From an uncultured Gemmatimonadales bacterium (GTDB lineage: Bacteria > Gemmatimonadota > Gemmatimonadetes > Gemmatimonadales > GWC2-71-9), in contig CAVOGR010000002.1 of the NCBI GenBank assembly GCA_963695555.1, positions 160,001 to 224,000 on the forward strand: DNA of 64,000 bases. Reading direction: 5' to 3'. Shown here piece by piece: positions 8,859 through 18,336 of this stretch. The notes below the pieces were generated by a model. That model saw only the letters and a program-made list of their open reading frames with translations, was not told the DNA's origin and ran no database searches. Numbering within the stretch: the first letter of the stretch is position 1; each line of letters opens with the position of its first letter. The translations under genes were made by a program, and so were the position numbers.

Positions 8859-10766
8859 TCAGGAGTCGCTGTGGTGCTTGAGCGCCACCTCGACCTCCTC
8901 GAAACCGGCCATTAGGCGTGCGACGTGGTCCGCGATCTCGCCCGCCGCGATCAGGTTGGTGGTGAGCCCTTCCACGGTCCCGCTGCCGGCAGTGAGGCGG
9001 AGCAGAGTCAATCGGATGGTCTCGAGCGCCGCCACAACGTCGGAGAGTTGCCGTTCGGCCTGCTCGCGGGTCTCACGCAGGTCGGCAGGTAGCCGGACGT
9101 TGCGCGGAAGCCCCAACGATTCAGCCTCGGTGAGGAGCGTCACCGATTCGCGGAGGCGGGTCGCGTCGGCCTCCAACTTGAGGAGCATGGCCGGCACGTC
9201 CCCAACCTGCTTGCGAACGTCCTTGGGCAGCGCTTGAAACAAGGCTTCGGCGGCCAGCCCGATCTGCAACTCGGTCGGCCGATGCGTGGCACGCACTTCC
9301 GTGATCCGTTTGCCGAGACCCAGGCCGCTGACCGCCACGATCGCGCGCCCGAACCGGCTCTGCCAGAAGCGGAGCCGCCTCTCAGCCTTCTTGAGCGACC
9401 GCTCCTCTTCGTCCTGGCCCGCTGAGAGCAGCAGCCCCGCCACAGACGCCCCACCGATGACGGTCAGAAGCAGAACCCGCCACTCGTAGGCGAGCGGCAT
9501 CGGCAACATGAGCACGTCCCCCAGCAGCACGCTCGTCCAGAACGCCGCCCATGAGCCGCCAAGTCCCGCCAGTGACGCCTTGCGCAGCGCCGAGCGGATG
9601 CGCCCAATGGTGCCCTTCTTCCTAAGTGGCGCCTCTTCCTTGCGCTGCTCTAGATCCTGCCGCAGGCCCAACTCGAGGTCCGCGATCGTGTTCCCGGAAG
9701 CCAACAAGCGGCGGATGCGCGGCGGCACCAGGACTGCGGGAATCCCGGCAGCAACCGCAGCATAGAAAGCCGGCATCCACCATAAGTCCGGTACCTGAAC
9801 GATGGCGATGACCATCGGCAAGGAGGCGAGCGCCGCAATGGCGGCGTAGGCCGGTGCATCACCGCCGAAGTCGATCGGATCGTAGAGGAACGTCCGCACC
9901 GCAACCGGAACCTGCTTGCGGGCGGCGCTCACGGCATCGAGCGCTTCCGCGAAGGCCTCGGTGGAGGCGAAGCGCTCCGCAGGGTCCTTCCTGAGACACA
10001 CGTCCAAGATCCGCGCGAGACGCCGAGGCGCGGCAGGCGCGGCCGAGCTGACGTGTAGAACGGGACCGGTTTGCACTGCCTCGAGCGTCGCGGCCGCGCT
10101 GTCCGACTCAAAGGGGAGGGTGCCGCTCAGCGAGTAGTAGGCCACCATGCCGAGTGAGTAGAGGTCACTGCGCCCGTCCATGCACTCTCCCCTCGCCTGC
10201 TCCGGGCTCATAAACTCGATGGTGCCGACGATCTCCCCTTCACCCCGTGCCATCGTGTCCCCCACGATACCGGCGATCCCAAAGTCTGCGACCAGTGCGC
10301 GGCCGGTCCCTTCTTCGACCAGGATGTTGTCGGGCTTCACATCCCGATGGATGATGCCCTGTGCGTGCGCGTACGAGAGTGCGAAGCCCACGTCTCGGAG
10401 TACGCGCATGCACTCTGACGGCGACAGCGGGCCGCGGCGGCGGATGCGCTGGCCCAGGGTCTCGCCCGGCACATACGCCATGGCAAAGAAGACAAAACGG
10501 CCGACCTCGTCGACCGAGTAGATCGGAACGATGTTGGGGTGCGAGAGCTTGGCCGAGGTGCGCGCCTCGCGCAGGAACCGCGCCCGCAGATCCTCGTCCC
10601 TGGCCAAGTGCTCGGGCAACACCTTGAGGGCTACGGGACGATCGAGCCTCACGTCCAGGGCGAGGTAGACGATCCCCATGCCTCCCCGACCCAGCTCCAT
10701 CTCAAGCGAATACCGACCTGCCAGGGCCTCCTGGAGGGCAAGGAACTGTGCATCGGGTTGTGGCAT
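8859..10766 (-). CDS. Hanks-type Ser/Thr protein kinase with TM segments and a helical C-terminus
   Basis: LGRGGMGIVY, VALK, HRDVKPDN, DFG, MSPEQ, DLYSLG; hydrophobic helices follow the kinase domain. Confidence 0.93.
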   Translation of the reverse strand: MPQPDAQFLALQEALAGRYSLEMELGRGGMGIVYLALDVRLDRPVALKVLPEHLARDEDLRARFLREARTSAKLSHPNIVPIYSVDEVGRFVFFAMAYVPGETLGQRIRRRGPLSPSECMRVLRDVGFALSYAHAQGIIHRDVKPDNILVEEGTGRALVADFGIAGIVGDTMARGEGEIVGTIEFMSPEQARGECMDGRSDLYSLGMVAYYSLSGTLPFESDSAAATLEAVQTGPVLHVSSAAPAAPRRLARILDVCLRKDPAERFASTEAFAEALDAVSAARKQVPVAVRTFLYDPIDFGGDAPAYAAIAALASLPMVIAIVQVPDLWWMPAFYAAVAAGIPAVLVPPRIRRLLASGNTIADLELGLRQDLEQRKEEAPLRKKGTIGRIRSALRKASLAGLGGSWAAFWTSVLLGDVLMLPMPLAYEWRVLLLTVIGGASVAGLLLSAGQDEEERSLKKAERRLRFWQSRFGRAIVAVSGLGLGKRITEVRATHRPTELQIGLAAEALFQALPKDVRKQVGDVPAMLLKLEADATRLRESVTLLTEAESLGLPRNVRLPADLRETREQAERQLSDVVAALETIRLTLLRLTAGSGTVEGLTTNLIAAGEIADHVARLMAGFEEVEVALKHHSDS

Positions 10767-10773
10767 AGGTGAC

Positions 10774-10803
10774 AGATTGCCCTCCGGGGAGCCCGAGGGT
10801 CAA
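10774..10803 (-). promoter_or_regulatory. Sigma70-like promoter of the kinase gene (near-leaderless)
   Basis: TTGACC-N18-CAATCT, 7 nt before the ATG, no SD. Confidence 0.45.
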
Positions 10804-10919
10804 GGATGCTCTCCCCGTCCCTACCCCTCGTGACGCCGGCAGCATAACATGGATGCACCCTCACCGCACGCACCCAGACTGGTGAGGATAACCGTTTCTC
10901 TCGCGTCGTAGCAGGAGAG

Positions 10920-11003
10920 GATGACGGTCGAATTCTCCACAGGACATCGGATGGCGTCGCTCGTGGCGCCTGTTTCCAACCAGCGCTACACTTGGCTGAC
11001 GGC
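10920..11003 (+). repeat. Diverged direct repeat, copy 2 (right flank of kinase gene)
   Basis: GATGACGGTCGAATTCTCCACAGGACATCGGATGGCGTCGC versus copy 1 GATGATGGTCGAATTCTCCAGAAGTCATCGGATGGCGCAGC. Confidence 0.75.
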
Positions 11004-11044
11004 GCGCGAGGTGTCTCGCGCCGACCCCAGGACGAGGGAGCATC

Positions 11045-12730
11045 ATGATTCCACGGAAGACGGCGGCCATTCTTCTCGGTTCGGCTGCGCTGATCGCGTC
11101 GTGTGAGGCCCCACCCACCTATGACGTGATCATACGAGGCGGAACAGTCTACGACGGAAGGGGCGGCCAACCAGTCGCCGCCGACATTGCCATTCAGGGT
11201 GATTCGGTGGTCGAGGTTGCCCAGTTCATCGAGGGACGGGCCCGCACCACGATCGACGCCCATGGATTGGCCGTGGCGCCCGGCTTCATCAACATGCTGA
11301 GCTGGGCCACGGAGAGTCTGATCGAGGACGGCCGGGGCGAAAGCGACATCCGCCAAGGCGTGACGCTGGAGGTGTTCGGCGAAGGGTGGTCGATGGGCCC
11401 GCTGACCGACTCGATGAAAGCCGACATGGTGGCGGAGCAAGGTGACGTCAGGTTCGATATCCAGTGGACCACGCTGGGCGAATACCTCGACCATCTCATC
11501 GCGCGCGGCGTATCGCCAAACGTTGCTTCCTTTGTCGGTGCCACGACCGTGCGCATCCATGAAATCGGCTATGAGGATCGGGCACCGACGGCGGATGAAC
11601 TCGATCGCATGCGTGGCCTCGTCGCCGCCGCCATGGAGGAAGGGGCTATGGGGGTGGGCTCGTCTCTCATCTACGCCCCGGCCTTCTATGCTTCGACAGC
11701 GGAGTTGACCGCCTTGGCCGAAGTCGCCGGCGGGTACGGCGGCATGTACATCTCCCATCTCCGGAGCGAGGGAGACCGTCTCCTGCCGGCCCTCGACGAA
11801 TTTCTCGCGATCGCCAAGACAGCCGGCGTCCGAGCGGAAGTGTACCACCTCAAGGCTGCAGGGCAGCGCAATTGGCCCCGTCTCGACACCGCGATCGAGC
11901 GTATCGAGCTGGCGCGCGCGGATGGGCTCGAGATCACCGCCGACATGTACACCTATACCGCCGGAGCGACTGGCCTCGATGCCGCGATGCCGCCGTGGGT
12001 CCAAGAAGGCGGACTCCTGGCCTGGATCGATCGCCTCGGGGACCCGGCGGTGCGCGCACGGGTGAGACGGGAAATGCTCGCCCCATCGACTCGCTGGGAG
12101 AATCTCTACGCGGCGGCCGGCGGTGCCGACCAAGTGCTCCTGGTCGGCTTCAAGCAGGACTCACTCAAGTACCTGACCGGGAAGACCCTATCGGAAGTCG
12201 CCACCATGCGCGGTGCATCACCGGAAGACGTGGCGATGGACTTGGTGATGCAGGATGGAAGCCGCGTGGGTACGGTGTATTTCCTCATGTCCGAGGACAA
12301 CGTGCGGCGGAAAGTCGGCGTGGCCTGGGTTCACTTCGGTTCCGATGCAGGGTCACTGGCACCGGCCGGGGTATTTCTCCGTTCCAATCCGCATCCGCGG
12401 GCGTACGGAAACTTTGCCAGGCTGCTGGGACGGTACGTCCGGGAGGAGCGCGTCATCCCCCTTGAAGAGGCCATCCACCGGCTCACGGGAGCGTCAGCCG
12501 AGACGTTGCGTCTCGAGCGGCGTGGTGTTCTCGCGCCGGGGTTCTATGCCGACCTAGCGATCTTCGATCCCCGGACGATCATCGACAACGCGACCTACGA
12601 CCGACCCCACCAATTCGCCACCGGAATGGTGCATGTCTTGGTCAACGGCGTCCCGGTGCTGCTGGACGGAGAGCATACCGGGGCAATGCCCGGGCGGGTG
12701 GTGCGCGGTCCAGGCTGGAAGGGGCGCTAG
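11045..12730 (+). CDS. N-acyl-D-amino-acid deacylase (D-aminoacylase), lipoprotein
   Basis: Lipobox LIASC; VAPGFINMLSWA, SHLRSEG, YTYTAGATGL, GSDAG, PHPRAYGNF. Confidence 0.9.
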   Translation: MIPRKTAAILLGSAALIASCEAPPTYDVIIRGGTVYDGRGGQPVAADIAIQGDSVVEVAQFIEGRARTTIDAHGLAVAPGFINMLSWATESLIEDGRGESDIRQGVTLEVFGEGWSMGPLTDSMKADMVAEQGDVRFDIQWTTLGEYLDHLIARGVSPNVASFVGATTVRIHEIGYEDRAPTADELDRMRGLVAAAMEEGAMGVGSSLIYAPAFYASTAELTALAEVAGGYGGMYISHLRSEGDRLLPALDEFLAIAKTAGVRAEVYHLKAAGQRNWPRLDTAIERIELARADGLEITADMYTYTAGATGLDAAMPPWVQEGGLLAWIDRLGDPAVRARVRREMLAPSTRWENLYAAAGGADQVLLVGFKQDSLKYLTGKTLSEVATMRGASPEDVAMDLVMQDGSRVGTVYFLMSEDNVRRKVGVAWVHFGSDAGSLAPAGVFLRSNPHPRAYGNFARLLGRYVREERVIPLEEAIHRLTGASAETLRLERRGVLAPGFYADLAIFDPRTIIDNATYDRPHQFATGMVHVLVNGVPVLLDGEHTGAMPGRVVRGPGWKGR

Positions 12731-12732
12731 CC

Positions 12733-13929
12733 TTGTCGAGGTTCGATAACGTGAGTCCGGTCTCCGACGCGGCTTTCGCCGATCGCCTGGTCGCCACCCG
12801 ACGGGATCTCCACCGGCACCCCGAGCTGAGCTGGCAGGAACGACGCACCTCGCAACAAATCCACCAGGCGCTCGAGCGGCTCGGCATCCGGACCCGGCGG
12901 AGTGTTGCGGGCACCGGCATCATCGCCGACATCCCAGGGGAGAGCGAGGGCCTCGGCGTGGCCCTCCGGGCCGACATCGACGCCCTGCCGATTACGGAGG
13001 AAACGGGCCTGCCCTTTACCTCGGCGCATGAAGGGGTGATGCACGCCTGCGGGCACGACGCGCACACGAGCATGTTGCTCGGGGCCGCAGAACTCCTGCT
13101 CGCCGGTCCTCCCCTGCCTACCCCAGTCCGGCTCATCTTCCAGCCTGCCGAAGAGCTGGCCGGCGGCGCCATCGCCATGATCGAGGATGGAGCCTTGGAT
13201 GGCATGGCCATGATTTTCGGCGGGCACGTGGATCGACATTTCCCTACCGGCACCATCGTGGTGACCGATGGCGTCGTGAATGCGTCGACCGATGCGTTCC
13301 GAATCGATATCACCGGGCGCGGTGGACACGCCGCTCGGCCACATGAGGGCGTCGACGCGGTTGTGGTCGGAAGTCTTCTGGTGATGTCGCTTCAGACCAT
13401 CGTCTCACGTGAAGTCAATCCTGCCCACCCCTCGGTGGTCACCATCGGACGGTTCGATGCCGGTACCGCGTCGAACGTGATCGCCAGTCGTGCCGTGCTC
13501 GAAGGAACGATTCGGGCACAGGAAGAGGCGGTTCGCACGCACTTGATCGACGCGTTGCAACGAATCGCAACCGCGGTTGGCCAGCTCCATGGCGCCGCTA
13601 TTCGGGTCACGGTCGCGGGCAGCACCCCCTGTCTGGTCAACACGCCGCCCATGACGGCCCTGGCGCGTGACGCTGCGCAAGCCGTCGTCGGCCCGGATCA
13701 GGTGGCAACCCTCCAAGTCGCCAACATGGGCGGCGAAGATTTTGCCTATTATCTCCACCGGCTTCCGGGATGCTACGTTCGCTTTGGCGCCCAAGCGCCA
13801 GGCCGGGAAGCCTACCCCGCTCATTCGAGCAAGTTCGATATCGATGAGGGTGTGTTGCCGCTCGGGGCACGCTTCTTCTCGGCATTGGCGCGGCTCGCCG
13901 GCGCCCGGATATCCGAGGACAGCCGGTAG
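12733..13929 (+). CDS. M20D amidohydrolase (hippurate hydrolase/aminoacylase-like)
   Basis: RRDLHRHPELS, ALRADIDALP, MHACGHDAH, FQPAEE, GGEDF. Confidence 0.92.
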   Translation: MSRFDNVSPVSDAAFADRLVATRRDLHRHPELSWQERRTSQQIHQALERLGIRTRRSVAGTGIIADIPGESEGLGVALRADIDALPITEETGLPFTSAHEGVMHACGHDAHTSMLLGAAELLLAGPPLPTPVRLIFQPAEELAGGAIAMIEDGALDGMAMIFGGHVDRHFPTGTIVVTDGVVNASTDAFRIDITGRGGHAARPHEGVDAVVVGSLLVMSLQTIVSREVNPAHPSVVTIGRFDAGTASNVIASRAVLEGTIRAQEEAVRTHLIDALQRIATAVGQLHGAAIRVTVAGSTPCLVNTPPMTALARDAAQAVVGPDQVATLQVANMGGEDFAYYLHRLPGCYVRFGAQAPGREAYPAHSSKFDIDEGVLPLGARFFSALARLAGARISEDSR

Positions 13930-13941
13930 GCAGAAAAGCGC

Positions 13942-15777
13942 TTACTCGGGTGTCGCCGACGTGACGCCATCGAGCCGGTACTCGAGCGCAGCGCGCTCAA
14001 CCGCCCGACGTTCCGCGTAGACCGGCGCCGCAAGCTGCAGCTGCAATGCTCGACTCACCGGCACCACCATCACACTCGGGGTCCACGTCACGCTCGCGCC
14101 CGTCTTCACATCGCGCAGACGCCCATGGGCCAGCGCCCGGCTGGCTTCCGGAACGGAGAGGCCCCCGAGTGCCGCGTGGAAGGCATCGAATCGGGCTTGC
14201 GCCGCAGGATCCAGGAACCGCAGGATCCGCTGTCCCAGGGCGGCCATGTAGTAATGTGACGGGACAAACGCGATGCCATCGAGACCGAGGGCCTCGCACA
14301 GCGTTCGGAGCCAGCCGTAGACTTCCCGGAGCATCCCGAGTCCAGGATGGGCTTGGCCTGGAAGCGGTGGGTGGTCGGGCGAGAATGCGGCCTGGGGGTT
14401 CTGGAGCAGGAGCCACTCGATGAAGAGCATATCGCGTCCGGGCACGACCCGTCGGCTGCGGGCCATTTTCAGCTCCATGAGCAGGGGGCTCTGCTCCGAG
14501 TCCGCATGGAGACGAATCGTCGGGGCTGCACCGTGGCCTGACACGATAGTGAGGGTCGGGTTGGAAAAGCCGAGCGCGCGAATTTGGGTCAGAATCCCCA
14601 GCCGCTCCAGCATGAGCTCGATGCCATGCTTCGAGTAGTGACCCAACACGCGCTCCTCGATCCCGGTACGACCGACCGAGCCGAGCAGCTCCTCCTCCGT
14701 CAGATCCCAACCCTCACCGCTTGCGGGAGTCGATAGCTCGGGATGCCGGAAGAGGCGCATAAACCGGCGGAAGCTTCTCACCACTGCCTCCGTCTGGTCC
14801 GGAGGCTCGAGCACCCGCCCGGAAACGAGCCATCCTAGAAAGCGCGCCGAATATCGCCACGCCGCGTCGCCGTATCCTCCGCCCAGCACCACCGCGACGG
14901 CCGGGGCAGGCGCCTGGGCACGGAGCGATTCAATCACGTATCGATCGCGCGCCAGGATTCCGGCGGCGGTCATGTTCCAGTCACCCAATCGGTCGTCGGC
15001 TGCAGCATCCGTGCCGGCGATGTACATCACCAGCCCCGGGCGGTGAGTCCGCAAGACGGCCGGCAACTCCCGCTGCACGGTGTCGAGCAAAAGCTCGTCG
15101 GACACTCCGGGCCCCAGTGCTATGGTGGTGTCGGCAATGGCAGGCGCATCATCCCAAGTTGAGTGATGGATCGAGAAGGTGTAGACCGACCTATCCGCCG
15201 CAAACGCGGCCCGTGTGCCATTGCCGTCGTGCATGTCCAAATCGAGGACGAGTACCGGGCGATTGTAGCCCTTGCGGCGCAGCCGGGTGACACTCACCGC
15301 AACATCGTTGAAGACGCAAAACCCCATCCCGCGTTCCGGGGTGGCATGATGGAAGCCACCGCCGAGATTGACGCCCACGCGCCTGCTTCGAAGGGCCATG
15401 CGTGTCGCCTGCACAGTGCCGCCCACCATCAGTCGCTGGAGGTCGAGGACGTCCTCGAGTTGCGAGGCAGTGACTTCGACACCCAGAATGCTGGTGAGGG
15501 TTGCGGGGTCCTGGAGGCTGTCCAGATACTCCGACGAGTGCACCTCCAACAAGCGGTGGAGGGACACCGGCTTTGGCGTTGACAGATCTCTCCGGCCGAT
15601 GAAGCGTTCTTCGGTGAGAAAGGCCAATATCCGCTCCGCACGGAGCGGATCCATGGGAACCCCCGAAACACTCTTGGCATACCTCGGGTCGTAGACCAGG
15701 GCAGCGGGGGATCTGCGGAACCGACGCCGGACCGTGTTCCACAGTCGTTCGAGAGCTGGAAGCGGGCGTTCAGTCAC
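13942..15777 (-). CDS. Zn-dependent deacetylase (HDAC/AcuC family) fused to a ~280-aa C-terminal domain
   Basis: GGGFHHA, GFCVFND, DLDMHDGNG, DDRLG and GGGY all intact. Confidence 0.88.
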   Translation of the reverse strand: MTERPLPALERLWNTVRRRFRRSPAALVYDPRYAKSVSGVPMDPLRAERILAFLTEERFIGRRDLSTPKPVSLHRLLEVHSSEYLDSLQDPATLTSILGVEVTASQLEDVLDLQRLMVGGTVQATRMALRSRRVGVNLGGGFHHATPERGMGFCVFNDVAVSVTRLRRKGYNRPVLVLDLDMHDGNGTRAAFAADRSVYTFSIHHSTWDDAPAIADTTIALGPGVSDELLLDTVQRELPAVLRTHRPGLVMYIAGTDAAADDRLGDWNMTAAGILARDRYVIESLRAQAPAPAVAVVLGGGYGDAAWRYSARFLGWLVSGRVLEPPDQTEAVVRSFRRFMRLFRHPELSTPASGEGWDLTEEELLGSVGRTGIEERVLGHYSKHGIELMLERLGILTQIRALGFSNPTLTIVSGHGAAPTIRLHADSEQSPLLMELKMARSRRVVPGRDMLFIEWLLLQNPQAAFSPDHPPLPGQAHPGLGMLREVYGWLRTLCEALGLDGIAFVPSHYYMAALGQRILRFLDPAAQARFDAFHAALGGLSVPEASRALAHGRLRDVKTGASVTWTPSVMVVPVSRALQLQLAAPVYAERRAVERAALEYRLDGVTSATPE

Positions 15778-15810
15778 CAGGTTCTCTGGGCCGTGGCCGG
15801 TTCAACGAAA

Positions 15811-16503
15811 TCAGAAACTGGTCCCGAGTCCGGCGTGCAAGTGAAGGCCGACATTCTGTACGGTGGCATGGCCGTCGGGCATGGGAATTCGGGCGTACGA
15901 CCCCGACACTTTGGCAGCGAGGGCCAGGTGGAGGTGGTCGACAACCGGGAAGTTCCGTTGGGCGGCCAACAGCAGACTGCCCCCAGCGATGTAGTACCCC
16001 GATCCGATGACCGAGTGCAGAAAGCCTGCATCCTCCCGCTCACCGACGCCCCTGATATTTACGTCGGGGTTTGCAATGACGGCCCCCGCACCGGCTGAGA
16101 GGGTCAGGTGCCCCAGCCGCCAGCCACGACTCACCGAGAGGATACTAAAACCGTTCGATATCTCGAATCGTGCGATCTCGGGTGGAACCTCGTCTTCCCA
16201 ATACAGCTTGTGATGCAAGAACCCAACGATCCAGCCCCTTGTGCCGCGCCAGAACCCCACTTGAAGATCAAAATACGGGGCGGACTTGAACGGGTGGGTC
16301 AAAAACCTGACATCGTCGACATGGATGTCAGGGAAGCTTTTTTGCGTAATCGTGAGCGGCGTGCGCAAATTGAATGCGTCGCCGGTAGCCAGATCGATAG
16401 AAACCTGAGCGCTGAGCCGTCCGCCGCCGCCGAGGCAACAGAGCGCGGTGGCCGCAAGGAGCCGTCGCCAAGGCAGCGGTGAGGCAACCACATTCAACTC
16501 CAA
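15811..16503 (-). CDS. Outer-membrane beta-barrel protein, possibly LpxQ (lipid A oxidase)-like
   Basis: Signal peptide, amphipathic strands, terminal Phe. PFKSAPYF...W...HHKLY...FEISNG resembles LpxQ motifs from memory. Confidence 0.6.
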   Translation of the reverse strand: MELNVVASPLPWRRLLAATALCCLGGGGRLSAQVSIDLATGDAFNLRTPLTITQKSFPDIHVDDVRFLTHPFKSAPYFDLQVGFWRGTRGWIVGFLHHKLYWEDEVPPEIARFEISNGFSILSVSRGWRLGHLTLSAGAGAVIANPDVNIRGVGEREDAGFLHSVIGSGYYIAGGSLLLAAQRNFPVVDHLHLALAAKVSGSYARIPMPDGHATVQNVGLHLHAGLGTSF

Positions 16504-16622
16504 GTTCGAGTGACGCTCTACATCATATCAGAGATCGAAAACGAAGCCAACCACGGGAACGGGATGGATGGGACTCGTATGCCTGGTCTCGGCTGGATTG
16601 GCCGAAAAGATGCAGGTGACCA

Positions 16623-17357
16623 ATGACCGTGCCTGCTAATGCCACGGGGCACGGCGAGCGGCGGCGGCCCTTTCTCAGGGCCCGCTGGTCCAATCTCATC
16701 CTGCTCACCTACGCCGTGCCCGATGAGCTGGTGCGCCCGTATCTACATCCTGCTTTGGAACTCGACCGGTGGCAGAACAACGCCCATGTAAGCCTCGTTG
16801 CCTTTGACTTCCAGGACACCAGGGTCCGCGGGCGCCGGTTTCCAGGACTGGTCAACTTCCCGGAGCTCAATCTTCGGACATACGTCCGGCACCAAGACCA
16901 GCGCGGCGTGCTCTTCGTCCGCGAGTTTGTCCCGAGTCGGCTTGTTGCACTGGTAGCCCGTGCGCGGTACAACGAGCCGTATTCCGCAATCACCATGTCG
17001 AGCCGCACGCTCGGCAAGAGCCATGATCTGCTCCTAGTCGAACACTCCTGGCGGCACAACGAGGCTGATGGGCATATCCGGGTGACCGGCCCACAGCAGT
17101 CGGCTCTCCCAGCTGACGCGAACACCTACCCCTTCAAGGAACGTCACCGCGGCTTCGGTGTGTCGCGCCGCGGCGATTTGGTCAGCTACCGTGTGGAACA
17201 CCCTGAATGGGCCGTCCGGGACATCTACCAACTTGATTATCGCGTCGACTTCGCCTCGCTCTATGGCCAGGCGTGGGCGTTCCTCACCGATGCCGCGCCG
17301 GTGCAGGTAACGTTCGCGGTAGGGTCTTCGGTCGAAGTCTTCCCGCCCGGCCGCTGA
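16623..17357 (+). CDS. DUF2071 / YqjF family protein
   Basis: FLRARWSNL, VSLVAF, FPELNLRTYV, YNEPY, YRVEHPEW. Confidence 0.85.
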   Translation: MTVPANATGHGERRRPFLRARWSNLILLTYAVPDELVRPYLHPALELDRWQNNAHVSLVAFDFQDTRVRGRRFPGLVNFPELNLRTYVRHQDQRGVLFVREFVPSRLVALVARARYNEPYSAITMSSRTLGKSHDLLLVEHSWRHNEADGHIRVTGPQQSALPADANTYPFKERHRGFGVSRRGDLVSYRVEHPEWAVRDIYQLDYRVDFASLYGQAWAFLTDAAPVQVTFAVGSSVEVFPPGR

Positions 17358-17366
17358 GCGGTACGC

Positions 17367-18335
17367 TTACGGACTTATCCGACCGGCAGGGCGCTCGAGC
17401 AACGTTGGGCCGATTGCCGGCCGATCCCGCTGCCGCGATCGGGCCGATGTGATGAGACCCACGGCCGTGATAATGACGGCAGTGGCCAGGAGCGTACGGG
17501 ACGATAGACCTTCTCCCCCCAGCAACCATCCGAGCAAAACCGCGACCACCGGGTTGACGTAGCCCGTGGTGGCGACCCTGGCCGGGGTACTCACTCGCAA
17601 CAGCCAGACGTAGGCCGAGTAGGTGATGAGGGAGCCAAAGACGATGAGATACGCCACGGCAAGGAGGGAGCGGCGTGTAACGTTCGAGAGGTCGAGCCTG
17701 GCCCACTCTCCGCTCGCGGTTCCCACCAGAAGGAGAATGGCACCACCGCAGAGCATCGCGGTCGCAGTGAAAAGGAGGGGCGAAGCTGGTTTGCTAGCCT
17801 CGAGGGCGTAGATCGACCCGATCGCCCAGAAGAGGGCGGCGCCGAGCAAGGCGAGCGTCCCTGCCGCATCAACAGCCGTCGCGTGCGCCTCCCAGGGGTT
17901 GACCAGTAATGCGACCCCCGCGAACCCGATTAAGAGCCCGGCGACCACAGCCACGTTGGGGCGCGGGGCGTTGCGCCACCACCAGTCCAGCAAAACCATC
18001 CAGAACGGCGTCGTGGCCACAATGAGCGCCGCGATGCCAGACGGGACCCGCTGCTCCGCCCAAACGACCAACCCGTTGCCGGCGGCGAGCATGAACCCAC
18101 CCACGATGAGCGCGCTCATCCAGTGACGGGCTGTGGGTCGGGGCACCGCTCGAAGCCGGCACCAACCGTACAACACGCTGCCGGCACAGGTAAAGCGAAC
18201 CCCGGCCATGAGAAAAGGCGGGATCGTTTGGATGGCAAACCGAATGGCGAGGTAGGTGGAACCCCAGACGAGGTACACCGCGGCGAACGCCAGGATCAAT
18301 CCGAGCGTCGGCGGCCGGTTTTCCGGCGAGTGCAC
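17367..18335 (-). CDS. yedA: EamA/DMT transporter (YedA-like)
   Basis: VYLVWGSTYLAIR, PPFLMAGVRF, YVNPVVAVLLG; about 10 TM helices. Confidence 0.88.
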   Translation of the reverse strand: MHSPENRPPTLGLILAFAAVYLVWGSTYLAIRFAIQTIPPFLMAGVRFTCAGSVLYGWCRLRAVPRPTARHWMSALIVGGFMLAAGNGLVVWAEQRVPSGIAALIVATTPFWMVLLDWWWRNAPRPNVAVVAGLLIGFAGVALLVNPWEAHATAVDAAGTLALLGAALFWAIGSIYALEASKPASPLLFTATAMLCGGAILLLVGTASGEWARLDLSNVTRRSLLAVAYLIVFGSLITYSAYVWLLRVSTPARVATTGYVNPVVAVLLGWLLGGEGLSSRTLLATAVIITAVGLITSARSRQRDRPAIGPTLLERPAGRISP

Positions 18336-18336
18336 G

